Of a DNA stretch of 64,000 nucleotides, positions 43,560 to 57,212 are shown piece by piece. The notes below the pieces were generated by a model that saw only the letters and a program-made list of their open reading frames with translations, made no database searches and had not been told where the DNA came from. Both the position numbers and the translations under genes were made by a program. Source of the DNA: the human T2T-CHM13v2.0 reference genome, Homo sapiens; assembly GCF_009914755.1 (NCBI RefSeq), contig NC_060928.1; one strand, written 5' to 3'. Position 1 is the stretch's first letter. Each line of letters begins with the position of its first letter.

Positions 43560-44180
43560 GCATTCAGGGGACAGAAATCACACCAGTTACTTGAAGAGAG
43601 TATTTAATATAAAGAATTGTTAACTAGATATAAAGTTGTTACCAAGGTAACTGAAAGAATAAAAGAGAGCTCAAGGGTATGGCAGAGGTAGTAACTGCAA
43701 GCAGCAGCTACCACCCATAGGGCTGGGGGAACACAGGGAGGAAGCTGGTGTCATTACAACCTAGAACTTGGAGAACAGCCCATGGAGCTGGGACTGAGAC
43801 CTCTGAGGAAGGGGCACTGCCAGCCTAGGAGTGCCGCTGTGGTGCAGGCAGGGGGAGTATAATGAGTTATATTTTACGAGTGTTTTTTTAAAGCTGCAAA
43901 CTGGATTTAGCCACTTCTATATGAAGGAAACACCACTGCCAGGGTGAAGGGAAGAGGCTGGGTGATGCTCAAATGAACTCGAAGTAGCCAGGAAGCCAAC
44001 AGACAGTTTCCTCCTTTCCCCTCTGGCCTCCCATACTCTCTCTCTAGTGCCCCCTATTGGCAGATCCTAGCAGGGAGTAGCCGATAAAGCCCAAATGCAG
44101 TCCCAGTCCTGGCATTGCAGAGATGAGTATTAAAGGGTGGATTTGGAGCCAAAAAACAATAGTGTAACAATTAGCATAAG
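43560..44180. mobile_element. Old ERVL-type LTR (LTR41/LTR50/LTR33-like)
   Basis: 'acagaaatcacaccagtta...tttaatataaagaattg', 'gtgccccctattggcaga', 'aagggtggatttggagc'. Confidence 0.6.
44045..44062 (-). promoter_or_regulatory. Candidate CTCF motif within the LTR
   Basis: Reverse complement TGCCAATAGGGGGCACTA vs consensus CCASYAGRKGGCRSYA (one core mismatch). Confidence 0.5.
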
Positions 44181-45104
44181 GGATGTATGTGTATGTGTGT
44201 GTATGTATCAGTATGGTGGGGCGTACGTGTGTGAAATAGGAGTGGGAGGAAGTAAGTTCACCTCCACTTCTAGTCTAGTTTTATGACTATTAAGGCATTT
44301 GATTCTTATGTGACTATTATGTTTATCTTTTAATTGGTTAAAAATGCAAAAGGAAGAACAGTGTGATTCATTACCGCCTCTCACAAACCCTGAGACATTT
44401 CTTACCCAGGAACTCTGCTGTGAGAATATAATTCTAAAACATAAGTGAAATGGCTAAAACAGTTCCTTGCACAAAGTAGAAAATCAACAAATGCAAATGT
44501 TCTCTTTTTTTCTCACTCTTCCTCCCATGTACAACTGAAACACTGGATATAGAAATAAATTTTTCCTAACATAATTACTTATATTTATAAAAAGTAGAGT
44601 TGATAGTGAATTTATGTTTATAAAAGGTTTTCACATGTATTTTATTCAATTCTCACAATAATCTTACAGGCAAAATATTTATTCCCATTTTGCAGAGAAG
44701 AAATCTACAGCTCAGAAAAGTTGGTAAACTGGCCCAAGGTCAAACAGCTGGACTATATACGTAACTGCTCCAGTGTTTCTGCAGTGTGGCCCTTTTACCA
44801 TTTGACTCAGAAATACTTCTGGTATTTGTTCATATGCATATTTATAAACCTCACCCCAAATCTATGGATTCAGAATCTCTGGACTTCTCAGATTGTGAAC
44901 TTCACCAGGACTTTGTATTTTTCACAAACTCCCCAGATAATTGGGATGAACAACCAAGTTTGAGACTCATTGTGCTACAGTGTATGTCTCCCTAATTGGT
45001 AATAAAAATGTATTCTGGCAAAAGCCCTTTAATTGATTCCCTGATGGTTAAGATACTACTCCTGACATGATTCTTAAAGATTTCACTATCTTTGTAGCTA
45101 TTAA

Positions 45105-45250
45105 TTGAAGTAATTCTCAAAGTATGGTCTTGAAACAGGAGCATCAGGAGCCCATGGGAACATGTTGGGAGTGCAAATTCTTGGACTGCAACAGACATGG
45201 GGGAGAGGGGCCTCCAGACGATACTGGAGCATATGAAGTTTAAGAGCTAC
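45105..45250. mobile_element. MER5A-like MITE
   Basis: 'ttctcaaagtatggtc...gcatcag...tgggaacatgttgggagtgcaaattcttgg'. Confidence 0.65.
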
Positions 45251-45399
45251 CTTTGCAGATGACACTTCTGCTAACTATCTTTTCAATTCCTTGGCCTACT
45301 TTCTTTGGAGGATCAACCGTCCCACCTGCACATACTGTCATCTGTATCTAGCATTGGTTATACTTTCATAAACTCTGTTCTTACCAATAACTGCACCCT

Positions 45400-46840
45400 C
45401 TCCATAATCACTATTTCCCTCTCCTATTCTCTAACCAGCACTTTCTACCTTTGCAGATCATTCTCTTTAGTACTGTAAGTCCAACAACTCTTCAATCCTA
45501 TGGGAACTTCCAATCCATTGACTCTATCTCCTTTTCATTCTCTTTATCCACATACGTAGTTCTCCCTAACTAGATAGTACGGTCCACCATTACATTCATC
45601 TCCTTGCATATACCCTCAATTTCCTTACTTCTGTCCCTTTATTGTGTTATACCTGGCAAATTCCCAATGCTGGCTACATCCAATGCTCTGCCTATTTTGA
45701 GCTTTCACATACATAGTGGAACACATCAAGAGAAAAATATAATCATGCTGACACGTCTCGCATTGAATTCAGTCCTTGGACCACATCTCATCTGTATCTA
45801 CATACATTCCTTAGGTAATCTCATTTGATCCTCTAGCTTTCAATACTTTCTACATGCAACCATTCTAAAAATTATATCTCTACCCAGATTCATCCCTCAA
45901 ACTCCTGAATCATATAAAATCCAAACTCTTCACTTGTATACCTACCTGGAATCTCCAACTTCATATCTCTGAAACCCCTGATTCCACCTCCTTCCCTGAC
46001 CTGCTTCTACTACCAGTCTTCTCCTCCAAGGAAAGTGGCAGGTCTGGCCTTACAACTTTGAGATTATTCTCCATTCTTTTGTTTTCTAAATTCCACATCA
46101 AAAAGTCTTATCAGCATCACCTTCAAAGTATATTTTGAACCTGACAACTTTGTCTCATTTCCATCACTATGATATTAGACCGTGACAACATCATCTCCCA
46201 CCTGGATTATTTTACAAGAGCTTTCTAAACACTTACCTTGTTCCTACCATTGCCCTGCCCCCAAACCCAACATCAGCCTAAGGGATCATTTTCAAAACAG
46301 GAAGTCCAATCATGTCAATTATCTGCTCAGAACTTTCCATCGGCTTCTCATCTCAGTACAGAAGACAGATCTCCTACAGTTGCCTGCAAGGCTCCGTATC
46401 ATCTGCCTCCTCTTCCTCTCAGACTCTACCTCACACCACTTTCCTTCTCCCTCCCTCCCTTCCAGCCACTCTGGGCCTTGCATCTCCACATACCAGACAG
46501 GATCTCATCCTAGTGTTTTTGACTTCACTCTTCCTCCTTCATGTCTGTGTTCATGTGTCCATATCAGTAAGACCTTCCCTGACCATCTGCATACCCAGCA
46601 GCCACCTTGGATCAAGTCTTTATTGTTGTCCCTATTTCCCTGCTTTATAGCACATATCACCATTGGGATATTATATTTATGGCCTACTGTTTATTTGTGT
46701 ATTGACTATCTTTTGACACTAAAAGATAAACTCCTTGAGAACAGATACTTTCTCCCTCCATTGTTATACTCAGCACACATCGAACAGTGCCCAGCACACA
46801 CCACATATTGTATTTACCTCATTAACCTTGTTGAATAAAT
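45400..46840 (+). mobile_element. Long L2 fragment through to its 3' end
   Basis: C/T-rich L2 body ('atctctacccaga', 'ccttccctgacc') ending 'tgttgaataaataaa'. Confidence 0.8.
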
Positions 46841-47479
46841 AAACTAGTTTTTGAAATTGGGAGATTTTTGCACAAAAACTGATATATCTCCTTTTTGAAA
46901 AAAAAAATATGTGATGTCTATGAACCCATAGCTCCTCTGCATCCCCTCTGCATTGGGCCTAGCAGCTGAGGGTGAAAGGGAGCAGATCCACTTTGGAGGG
47001 TGTGAGCCCTCCAGTTTACAAGGTCCTCCCTCACTCACTTGCCAGCCTAGACTCCATAGGCACTTGAGTGTGTTTTAAAATCTTGTTTTGTTTTTGTGGG
47101 GTTGTTTGTTTTATGGGTTTTTTTTTTTTTTTTTTTGCTTAAACAACAGAAATGTATTATCTCACAGGCACTTGAGTTTTCGAGAATCAACTGTAAACTT
47201 TTAGCCTTTAAAGTCACTAGAACAAGAAGCAAAACTCGATTGCTTCCTCTCCTCCCCTGCCTGTGTTGCACTGGGTGGAAAGAGCTGAGATGGATTAACC
47301 ACCCTTCAGCCAGATGACAGGAACACACATAGCAATCCACCCAGTGGCAATATAAAGGCTCTGCTCCGTGAAGCCACGGCTGCCTGCAGTAACTTAGTTA
47401 GAAAATAAATAAATAAACCACCCCTATACATTGACCAGCATGCCCGCCCCAAAGCACTTCAGTGTTGTGAAATAAAGGG

Positions 47480-48035
47480 AGGGGCTCTGAAGTTGTACAG
47501 CTGTCATTCAAATCCTGCCTCTGCCATTTATAACTGGTTGACTTTAGGCAAATGTTTTCATCTCTCCGTTTCTCAATTTTCTCATCTGTAATATGAAGAA
47601 GATAATAATATTGACCTCACACAACCCTCTTGAAAGGCCTCACTAATGATCACTCAGTAAGAGTAGCTATTGTATCTATTCAGATTTGTATTCCTTTCTC
47701 TCTCCACCATTAGACTGCAAGCTCCTTTCAAAGTCAAGGATGATGTTATCTGTTCTTGAATCCTCATGCCCCACAGCTGTGATTCTCAGGGTAATGGGTT
47801 GGGAGTGATCCTAAGTTACAGAGAATGGAAGCGGGTGTTTCAAGTTATAAAGGGGGCTTTCTTCCCTGGTTTTCTGAAATCTAGCTAGGCCCAGGGGAGT
47901 CTGTTGCATATTTTCCAACAACCACATGTTCAATGATTTAGGACTCTGGAGTCAGACTGCTGAGGCCTGAATCCTGACTCTTTCAGCTGTGTGACTTTAG
48001 ACAATTGTTCTGCCTCCCTTTGCCTCAATTTCCAA
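47480..48035 (+). mobile_element. MIR and L2 fragments
   Basis: 'ttcaaatcctgcctctgccattta..tgactttaggcaa..tttctcatctgtaa', 'actctggagtcagactg'. Confidence 0.75.
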
Positions 48036-48219
48036 AGTGATCATATCAGAAGGTGGAGTCTTTGATATGTGATTAATGTTAGGTCATGAGCGTGAGCCCT
48101 CACGAACAGGTTTAGTGCCCTTATAAGGGGATAAAGAGACGTTTCCAGAACTGTAAGAAATTTCTGTTGTTTGTAAGCTGTCTAGGCTATGGCATTTTGT
48201 TATAGCAGCCAAAAATGAA

Positions 48220-48400
48220 CTTATATATTATATGTACATATGTTTAAGATTATATATATGTTAAGATATGTATATATCACATATATACACATTTAAGATT
48301 ATATACATTTTAAGCTATACATACCTTAACATAAGATATACATATCTTTACATATATAGTTTATGTTTAAGATATATATATATATATATACACATCTATG
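48220..48400. repeat. (TA)-rich low-complexity tract
   Basis: Directly visible, with recurring 'ttaagat' units. Confidence 0.85.
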
Positions 48401-48847
48401 TTATGCTTATGTATAAGTAAAATGAATGACAACAATGATATGAGGGATAAACTAGGATTATTTTGTTATTATAAGATAGTCACACTACCTGTAAGGTGGT
48501 ATAGTGTTATTTAAGAAGCTACTTGGATTACTTGTAAGTGTATGTTGCAAACTCTAGGGCAATCACTAAAAAAGGTTAAAAAAAGGTATAACTGATATGC
48601 TAAGAAAGAAGAAAAAATGAAATCATATAAAATGCTCAATCAAAACAACAGAAGGCAGAAAAAAGAAGACAAAAATAGAACAAGGGCAACAAATAGAAAA
48701 TAGAAACAAATATGGTATATAATAATCTAACTATATCACTAATCACTTTGAACATCAATGAAATAAATGCTTCAATTAAAATACATGTATTGTCAGAGGG
48801 GATCAGAAAACAAAACCTAACTTTATGTTTTCTACAAGGAACCTACT

Positions 48848-49003
48848 TTATTTTTTGAGACAGCATCTAGTTCTGTCACCCAGTCTGAAGTGTAGTGGCA
48901 CAATCACAGCTCACTGAAACCTCAAACTCTTACGCTCAAGTAATCCTCCCACCTCAGCCTCCCAAAGTGCTGAGATTACAGGTATGAGCCACTGCACCAG
49001 GCC
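48848..49003 (-). mobile_element. Monomeric Alu (FRAM-like or arm-recombined AluJ)
   Basis: ~155 bp joining right-arm 3' end to left-arm 5' end; TSD aaggaacctacttta/aagaaacccacttta. Confidence 0.9.
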
Positions 49004-49041
49004 AAGAAACCCACTTTAAATATAAAGACACATGTAGGTTA

Positions 49042-49428
<387 letters not shown>

Positions 49429-52400
49429 TCAGAAAAAGCAAACTTCAGAGCAAGAAAAATTATTGTGGATATAGAGGGTCATTACACGCTGAGAAAAGGT
49501 TCAATTCTCCAAGAAGACATAATAATCATGAATGTGATTCACCTAACCACAAATCAGCAAATCGTGTGACGCAAAAACTTAGAGAACTTCGAAGGGAAAT
49601 AGATGAATCCACTATTATGGTTAAAGACTTCAACATTCCTTTATCAGAAATAGATCTTGCGGGGGAAAATCAGAAAATAACATAGTTGAATTCAGCAACA
49701 CCATCAATCCACTGAATATAATGGACATCTATAGACTATATCATCCAGCAACAGTAGAATACACATTCTTTCCAAGCTCACATGGAAAATTCACCAAAAT
49801 AGACCACATTCTGGGCCACAAAACACATCTTAACAAACTTAAAGGAACATAAATTATACAACGTCTGCTCTCAGACTACAAAAAATTAAACTAAAAATTT
49901 GTCACAAGAAGATAGTTGAAAAATTCTAAAATATTTGAAGAGTAAACAACACATTCCAAATAACACATAGGCTGAGGGTGAAATCTCAAGAGAAATTTAA
50001 AAATATTTTGAACTGAATGAAAATGAAAATAGAACTTATCAAAATTTGAGAAATGCATCAAAAGCAGTGCCTACAAATAAATGTATAGCACTGAATGTAC
50101 ATATTAGAAAAGAAAAAAATCTAAAAATAATTATCTAAGCTGCCACCTTAGGAAACTAGGAAGAGCAAATTAAATTTAAAGTAAGCAGAGGAAAAAAACA
50201 AATAATAAAAATTGAGCAAAAAAAATCAGTGAAATTGAAAACAGTAAATCAATAGGAAAATCAACAAAACTAAAAGCTGGTTATTTGAAAAGATGAGTAA
50301 AATTTAAAAAAAAAAATATGTAGCCAGGATAACTAGAATAAAGGAGAGAGAACAGAAATTACTAATATCAGAATGAAAGAGAGGATATCACTACAGACTT
50401 TATGGACATTAAAAGAATAATAAAGAAATGATTTCATGCCCACAAATTTGAGAATGTAGGCAAAGTGGAACAATACCTTAAAGCACAATCTGCCAAAACT
50501 GTCATAAGAAGAAATAAACAACCTGAATTAGTCTTTACCAATTAAAGAAATTGAATCAATAATTAATAACCTTTCATAATAGAAATCAACAGGCCCAGAT
50601 AGGTTCACAAGCGATTTCTACCAAAATTTAAAAAAAAATTATACCAATTATCTACAACCTTTTCAGAGGATAAAGGTAGAGGGAATACTTTCTAACTCAT
50701 TCTGTGAGGTCAGAATTATTTTAATATGAAAACCAGACAAAGTCATTACAAGAAAGGAAAACTACAAACCAATATCTTTCATAAATGCACATGCAAAAGT
50801 CCTCAACAAAATATTAGCAAATTAAATTAAAAAAAAAAACATGTAAAAATTACACACTATGACCAAGTGGGATTTATCCCAAGTGTGTGAGTTGGGTTCA
50901 ACATCTGAGAATTGATTAATGTAATCCATCACATCAACAGGCTAAATAAGAAAAACCACATGGTCATATCAATACATTCAGAAAAATCATTTGACAAAAT
51001 CTAGCACTGATTCATAACAAAAACCCTTAGGAAACAAGGAATAGAAAATAACTTCCTCAACTTTATAAAGTGTGGACTACAACAAACCTGCAGCTAATGT
51101 CATATGTAATGATGAGAAATCTGAAGGTTTTCCACTAAGATCAGGAATAAGGCAAAGATGTTCCCTCTCACCATTCCTTTTTGATATTGTACCAGGAGTC
51201 CTAGCTAATGCAAAAAGAAAAAAAAAGATATATGGATTGAAAAGGAAGAAATAACATTTCTTTGCAGATAACATAATTGTCTACGTAGAAAACTGAAATG
51301 ACAAAAAAAAAAAAAACCCTTCTGGGACTAAAAAGCAATGATAGCAAGGTTGTAAAATACAAGATTAATATACAAAAGTTCATTGCTTTCCTATATACCA
51401 GCAACTTAAAAAGTGGAATTCAAACTTAAAAACACATTACCATTTACATTAGCACCCCTAAACATCTATACTTAGGTATAAATCTAACAAAACATATACA
51501 ACAAGATCTATATGAGGAAAACTACAAAACTCTGATGAACAAAATCAAAGAATAACTAAATAATACAGATATATTCCATGTTCATGGATAGGAAGACTCA
51601 ATATTGTCAAGATGTTGAGTCTTCCCACTTGATCTATAGATTCAATGCCATGCCAGTCAACATCTTAGCAGTTATTTTGTGGATATCCAGAAACTTAATT
51701 TTACAGTTTATATGGAGAAGCAAAAGACCCAGAATAACCAACACGATATTAAAGGACAAGAACAAAGTTGAAGTACTGACATTAGCTGACCTCAAGACTT
51801 ACTAAAATGTGACAATAATCAAGAGAGTACAGTATTGGTGAAAAAAAAATAGACAAACCAGTGGAAAAGAATAGAAAGCCCAGAAATTGACCCAAATAAA
51901 TTAAATCAACTGATATTTGACAAAGAAGTAAAGGCAATACAATGGCACAAAGATAGTCTTTTTAGCAAATGGTGCTGAAATAACTAGACATCCACATGCA
52001 AAAATAAATACACAAATCTAGACACAGGTCTTACACTATTCAAAAAAATGAACTCGAAATGGATCACAGACCTAAATTTAAAATGCAAAACCATAAAACT
52101 CCTAGAAGATAATATAGGAGAAAATCTAGATGACTTTGAGTTTGGAGGTGACTTTTTGTACAACACCAAAGACATGACCTATAAAATAAAGAATTGATAA
52201 ACTCAGTTTCATTAAAATTAAATTTTTCTCTTCTGTGAAAGACACTGTCAGGAGAATGAAAAGACAAGCCACAGGCTGGGAGAAAACACTTGCAAAAAAA
52301 CATATCTGATAAATAACCGTTATTCAGAATAAACAAAGAACACTTAGAACTTAAAAATAAGAAAAGAAAAAACCCAACTGAAAAATGGGCAAAAGACTGT

Positions 52401-53404
52401 AAAGACACCTCAGCAAAGATGATGTACAGATGGCAAATAAACATAAGAGAAGATGCTCTATGATGTATGTCATCAGGGAAATGTAAATTAAAAGAATAAG
52501 GAGCTACCACTACTTACCTACTACAATGGCCAAAATCCAGAAAACTGACAACACCAAATGCTGTTGAGGATGTGGAGCAATAGGAACGCTGATTCATTGC
52601 TGGCAGAAATGGAAAATTGTAGAATCACTTTGGATGACAATTTGGCAGTTTTACAAAAAAACTAAACATACTCTTACCATACAATCCAGCAGTCACACTC
52701 TCTGGTGTTTACTCACAGGAACTGTAAACTTGTATTCACACAAAAACATACACACAGGTGTTTATGGCAGCTTTAGTCATAATTATTAAAACTTGAAAGC
52801 AACCAGTATGTCCTTCAGTAGGTGAATCAGTCAGTAATCTGTAGTACATCTAGACATGGAATATTATTCAGGGCTAAAAAGAAATAAACCATAAGCTGTG
52901 AAAGGACATGGGGAAACATCACTGCATATTACTAAGTGAGAGAAGCCAATCTAACTATGCTACATACTGTGTGATTCCAACTATATGACATTCTGGAAAA
53001 GGCAAAACTATGGAGACAGTAAAAGGATCAGTGGTTGCCAAGAGTTACAGGGGAAGAGAGGAATGAATAAGCAGAGCACAGCAGATTTTCAGGATAGTGA
53101 TTCTGTATGCTACTGTAATTGTGGATACATATGATTGCATGTTTGTCCAAACTCATAGCATGTACAACACCAAGAGTGAACCCCAATGTAAATGCTGGAC
53201 TTCAGATGATAATAATGTGTCATTGTAAATTTGTCAACCATAACAAATGTACACTCTGGTGGGGGGTGTTAATAGTGGGAGAAGCTGTGCATGTGTGGAG
53301 GAGCAGGGTTATTGGAAATCTCTGTACCTTCCCTCAATTTTACTGTGAACCTAAAACTGCTATTTTTAAAAGTCTATTAAAAGGAAAACTAAACAAAAAT
53401 ATGC

Positions 53405-53720
53405 CTATGAGCATCACCCTAGATCAACTGAAATGAAATATGTGGGAGACAGGGCCCTGGCACTGCTATTTTTTGAAGTTCCCCTGATGATTCTAATTTG
53501 CTGCCAGGATGAGAGCTGCTGTGGTAGACCAGAGGTTCTCAAAGTGTGGTTCCCTGGCAAGCAGCATCAGCATTGCCCAGGGAATTATTAGAGATGCAAA
53601 ATGTCAAACCCCAACCCCAGCCTTCTGAAGGAGAAACTCTGGAATTGGGGTCCAGCAATCTGTGTTTCAACAAGCCTTCCAAGGGATTCTGATGCACACT
53701 CAAGTCTGAGAACTGCTTGG
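53405..53720. mobile_element. MER5-family MITEs (two)
   Basis: 'cagaggttctcaaagtgtggttccctgg..agcagcatcagcat...caagtctgagaactgct'. Confidence 0.85.
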
Positions 53721-54251
53721 TACACCCATGATGTAAAGAGAGGAAGCATGTAGGAGTCTGTGCGGAAAGAGGTACATAGAGGCTCCAAACTTTCGTGTCC
53801 CCTCGAATCACTACATCCTATCATGTCTGGGCCTTTATGTACTCCTGCTGCTTATTTCAGTCACTTAGAATGCTTTATGCATATGTAGAAACACAGGTAC
53901 TCACTCTCTAGAGAGGGAAGACAAGGAATGCACTCTCTACCCTCCAGTGCCCCTCAGATGGAGCCTGTCACTCCCTTTGTGCACCTGAACACAGCATCGG
54001 GCCTGTATTAGTGTAACAGCCTGCTAATGAGTCTTTCTCAGACCACAAGACCCTGAGCCTCTCAAGGGTAGAGATAGCATCTTACATATCTTTGTTTTCT
54101 CAGCACTTGGCAAGGATCTGGCATAAAACAAAAAGGGGATCAGTAAGTGAATAATGAGTAAAGCTGTCTAATATAAACAATTATAATCATTATTTTCTTG
54201 TATTGACTACCTTTTCAGAGAGGAACACTTTAATCACAATAACCTTACATA

Positions 54252-54580
54252 TACAGTCATTCTGTATATGTGCATGTCAGAAACCCCCTCAGATACCAAG
54301 CTCTGCAGTTGCCGAGGTTGCTTATATAAAATGCCATAGTATTTGCATATAACCTGTGCACATCCTTTTGTATACCTTAAAGCATCTCTTCTCTAGATTA
54401 CTGATAATACCTAATACAATGCTGACACATCACTTCATTCACCTGGATTCAATGCAGTACTCAGCGCACAGCAAATTCAAGTTTTCTTTTTGAAACTGTG
54501 TGAATTTTTTTCTGAATATTTTTGAGCCACAGTTGGTTGAATCCACAGATGCAGAACCCACAGATAGGAAGGCTGACTAT
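54252..54580. mobile_element. MER2-family (Tigger) element
   Basis: 'tatttgcatataacct', 'ctagattact..taatacctaatacaatg', 'gttggttgaatccacagatgcagaacccacagata'. Confidence 0.85.
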
Positions 54581-55051
54581 TACCTATTTAAACTTCCCAG
54601 GGACACCGAGGTACTATTGTCCCCTTTTCACAAAGAGGGAAAGACAGAGATTTAGACAAGTTACTAAAGGCCACATGACAAGTAAGCGGCAGAGCTGGGA
54701 GTTTGGAGTCAAGTATCTACACTGCCTGTTTTAACCACTGCACTGTACTGTTGTAGGTATTAGAAGAATTAGAATCCAGTCATGGCTAAGTAATCACTCT
54801 CTTGGTGATCTTGGACAAGTCAATTATCTCTGGGTCTCAATTTTGCAATTTGCTAAGTAAGTTTGTCTAACCACACCAATGCCTTTAATCCACAGGCCCC
54901 AGATTCTTGGAAGTCATGGAATTACTATAGGAAATCAACAAGTCCATCTGTATACCAAGCACTGTCTAGGACTTATACCTATATGCAGTACTTTTTTAAT
55001 GTATGTAGAGGATGTTGTAAATCATTCAGTCCTCAACAAATGTTTACTGAG

Positions 55052-55180
55052 TACATATATATATAATGCACATATATACACATTATATATACATATACAC
55101 ATATATGTATATACGTATACATACATATACATGTATATATATATACATTATATATATAATATATATTTTATATATATATA
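55052..55180. repeat. (TA)n/(CATA)n microsatellite forming an Alu tail
   Basis: Directly visible. Confidence 0.95.
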
Positions 55181-55456
55181 TTTTTATACAGAGTCTCGCT
55201 CTGTCTCCCAGGCTGGCACCATCTCGGCTCACTGCAACCTCCACCTCCTGGGTTCAAGCAATTCTCCTGCCTCAGCCTCCAAGTAGCTGGGACTACAAGC
55301 GCCTGCCACCATGCATGGCTAATTTTTTTTGTATTTTTAGTAGAGATGGGGTTTCACTATGTTGGCCAGGCTGGTCTTGAACTCCTGACTTTGTGATTCA
55401 CCCACCTTGGCCTCCCAAAGTGCTGGGATTACAGACGTGAGCCACTGCGCCTGGCC
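55181..55456 (-). mobile_element. AluS (Sg-like) with small deletion
   Basis: Alu body lacking 'agtgcagtgg'. Confidence 0.96.
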
Positions 55457-55844
55457 GCCTATCCATATATTTTTCAGGGTAAGTAATATTAGTTCCTGTA
55501 ATAAACAAGCCCAAATCTCAGTGGCTCAACACTGAGTTTATTTCTTGCTTCTATCATAGTTCATCGTAAATGGATACAAGGGCTTCGGCTCCATGTAGTA
55601 ACTCAGGAACCCAGGGTCTTTCCAGCATGCGGCTCCTCTGTATTTCAGGACACATCCTTAACCATCTCAACCGGGAAGTGATACATATTTCCTCTGCTCT
55701 CATTCAATTGATAAGCAACAGCCACTTGACCCCACTTAGAAGCAAAAGACCTAGAAAATGCAGTCAAGCACACTATTAGAAATGCATAATCCAGGTATTA
55801 GGGAGCACGAGCAGAATCTGCTTCAACATGTAGCTGGCAATTTG

Positions 55845-56990
55845 CACACAAAATACAAATGGTCAATGAGTATATGAGAAATGTTTAGCCAAATTAGAAA
55901 TCATGGAAATGTGTATTAAGATAGAAATAACATTATTTTCTCATTTATCAAATGGACCAATTTTTTAAAAATATTAGAAATTGTGAATATATAGGAGCTA
56001 AATGTCCATTAATAAGGAGTAGTTTTAAAAGATTGTGACACATTTTTTCTTTAAATACTATGTGATCGTTCAAAAGAATCAAGATGAATCATGTCTACAC
56101 TGACATAAGTAGACTCATCTTGATTCTTTTGAACAAGAGTGGTACTTATTGTCATGGAAAGATGTTTGTGATATATTGTGAGGTGAAAAAAGAAAAGTGA
56201 GCAATATAGTGTGTGTGTGTGTGTATGTGTGTGTGTGTGCACATGTGTGTATACATAGTCTGATTCCATTTATGACCAAGTACATGCAATCTAAATGCAT
56301 AGAGTTGTTCTAGAAGGATGCTCACCAAATTTTAACAGAGGTCCCTCTTGGTAGAGAAACTGGATGGGAAGATCAGGGAAAGAGATACACAGAAAGAAGG
56401 AGATTTTATCCTCTTTTTTTTCTATATAATTCTTCATTATTGGTTTGTTTTTTGATTTTCTTTTTTAGTATGAGCATTATTGTTTTTGGAATTAAAGGAA
56501 AAAGAAAGAAAGAAAGGATAGCCCCGAGTTGAGATCAGTGAAAGGAAATAGGCGTTATCACATCCCCCTGGTGGACATATAAATTGGCACAATGTTTCTG
56601 GGGGGAAATTTAGAAATGTATGTATCGAAAGCTTTAAAAGCTTGCATACAACCTCTAGGAATTTAATCTGAGGAAATACTACATATGCACGCACAAGTTG
56701 AGCCCCAAAGACTATGGAGCAGTTTTGAAAGATTATGGCACATCCATTTTGTAAAAAACTATGTAACTGTCCAGAAGAATCATCTATACATACTGTCATG
56801 AAAGATGTTTGAGATACATTGCTAGGAACAAAAAGGAAAGTAAGCCATGAAGCATGCTGTTTGTAATAGAGAAACATTGGGAATAACTGCAACATCCAAC
56901 AATAACCTATCAATGGAATCAAATACTATCTAGGTATTTAATGTTGTAGAATTTCTAGTGATATATTGTTTCCATTAATTGAGTAGGTTT
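55845..56990 (+). mobile_element. L1ME-type 3'UTR fragments
   Basis: 'ctaaatgtccattaataagga', 'catggaaagatgtt...gatatattg...gtgaaaaaag', 'taaattggcacaa'. Confidence 0.7.
56068..56134. other. Long hairpin / inverted repeat (perfect 20-bp stem plus 6-bp inner stem)
   Basis: gttcaaaagaatcaagatga (56068-56087) is the reverse complement of 56115-56134; gtctac/gtagac inner stem; 10-nt loop. Confidence 0.95.
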
Positions 56991-57069
56991 TAAATTAAAA
57001 TCTCATTTTTGTTTAAATATCACTGTATAGGATATACATATAAGGCATATTTAATATACTGTATCTAAT

Positions 57070-57212
57070 GAAACATACATATATGTGTACTTCGCATGTA
57101 CATACATACATATATGTTTTATATGTATATATACATAGATGTATATATGTGTGTGTGTTTCTGTGTGTGTATATGTGTGTGTATATATATTAGTGTATAT
57201 GTGTGCATGTGT
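57070..57212. repeat. (TA)n/(TG)n mixed microsatellite
   Basis: Directly visible. Confidence 0.9.

Noticed and set aside
46182-46838. Longest ORF (218 aa)
   Set aside because: Lies wholly within a decayed L2; non-ATG start, S/P/L/H-biased, no domain recognised
51072-51805. ORFs with reverse-transcriptase-like peptides (FPLRSGIRQRCSLSP; LIYRFNAMP)
   Set aside because: Broken L1 ORF2 remnants of the L1MC element; not an intact RT or a novel retroelement
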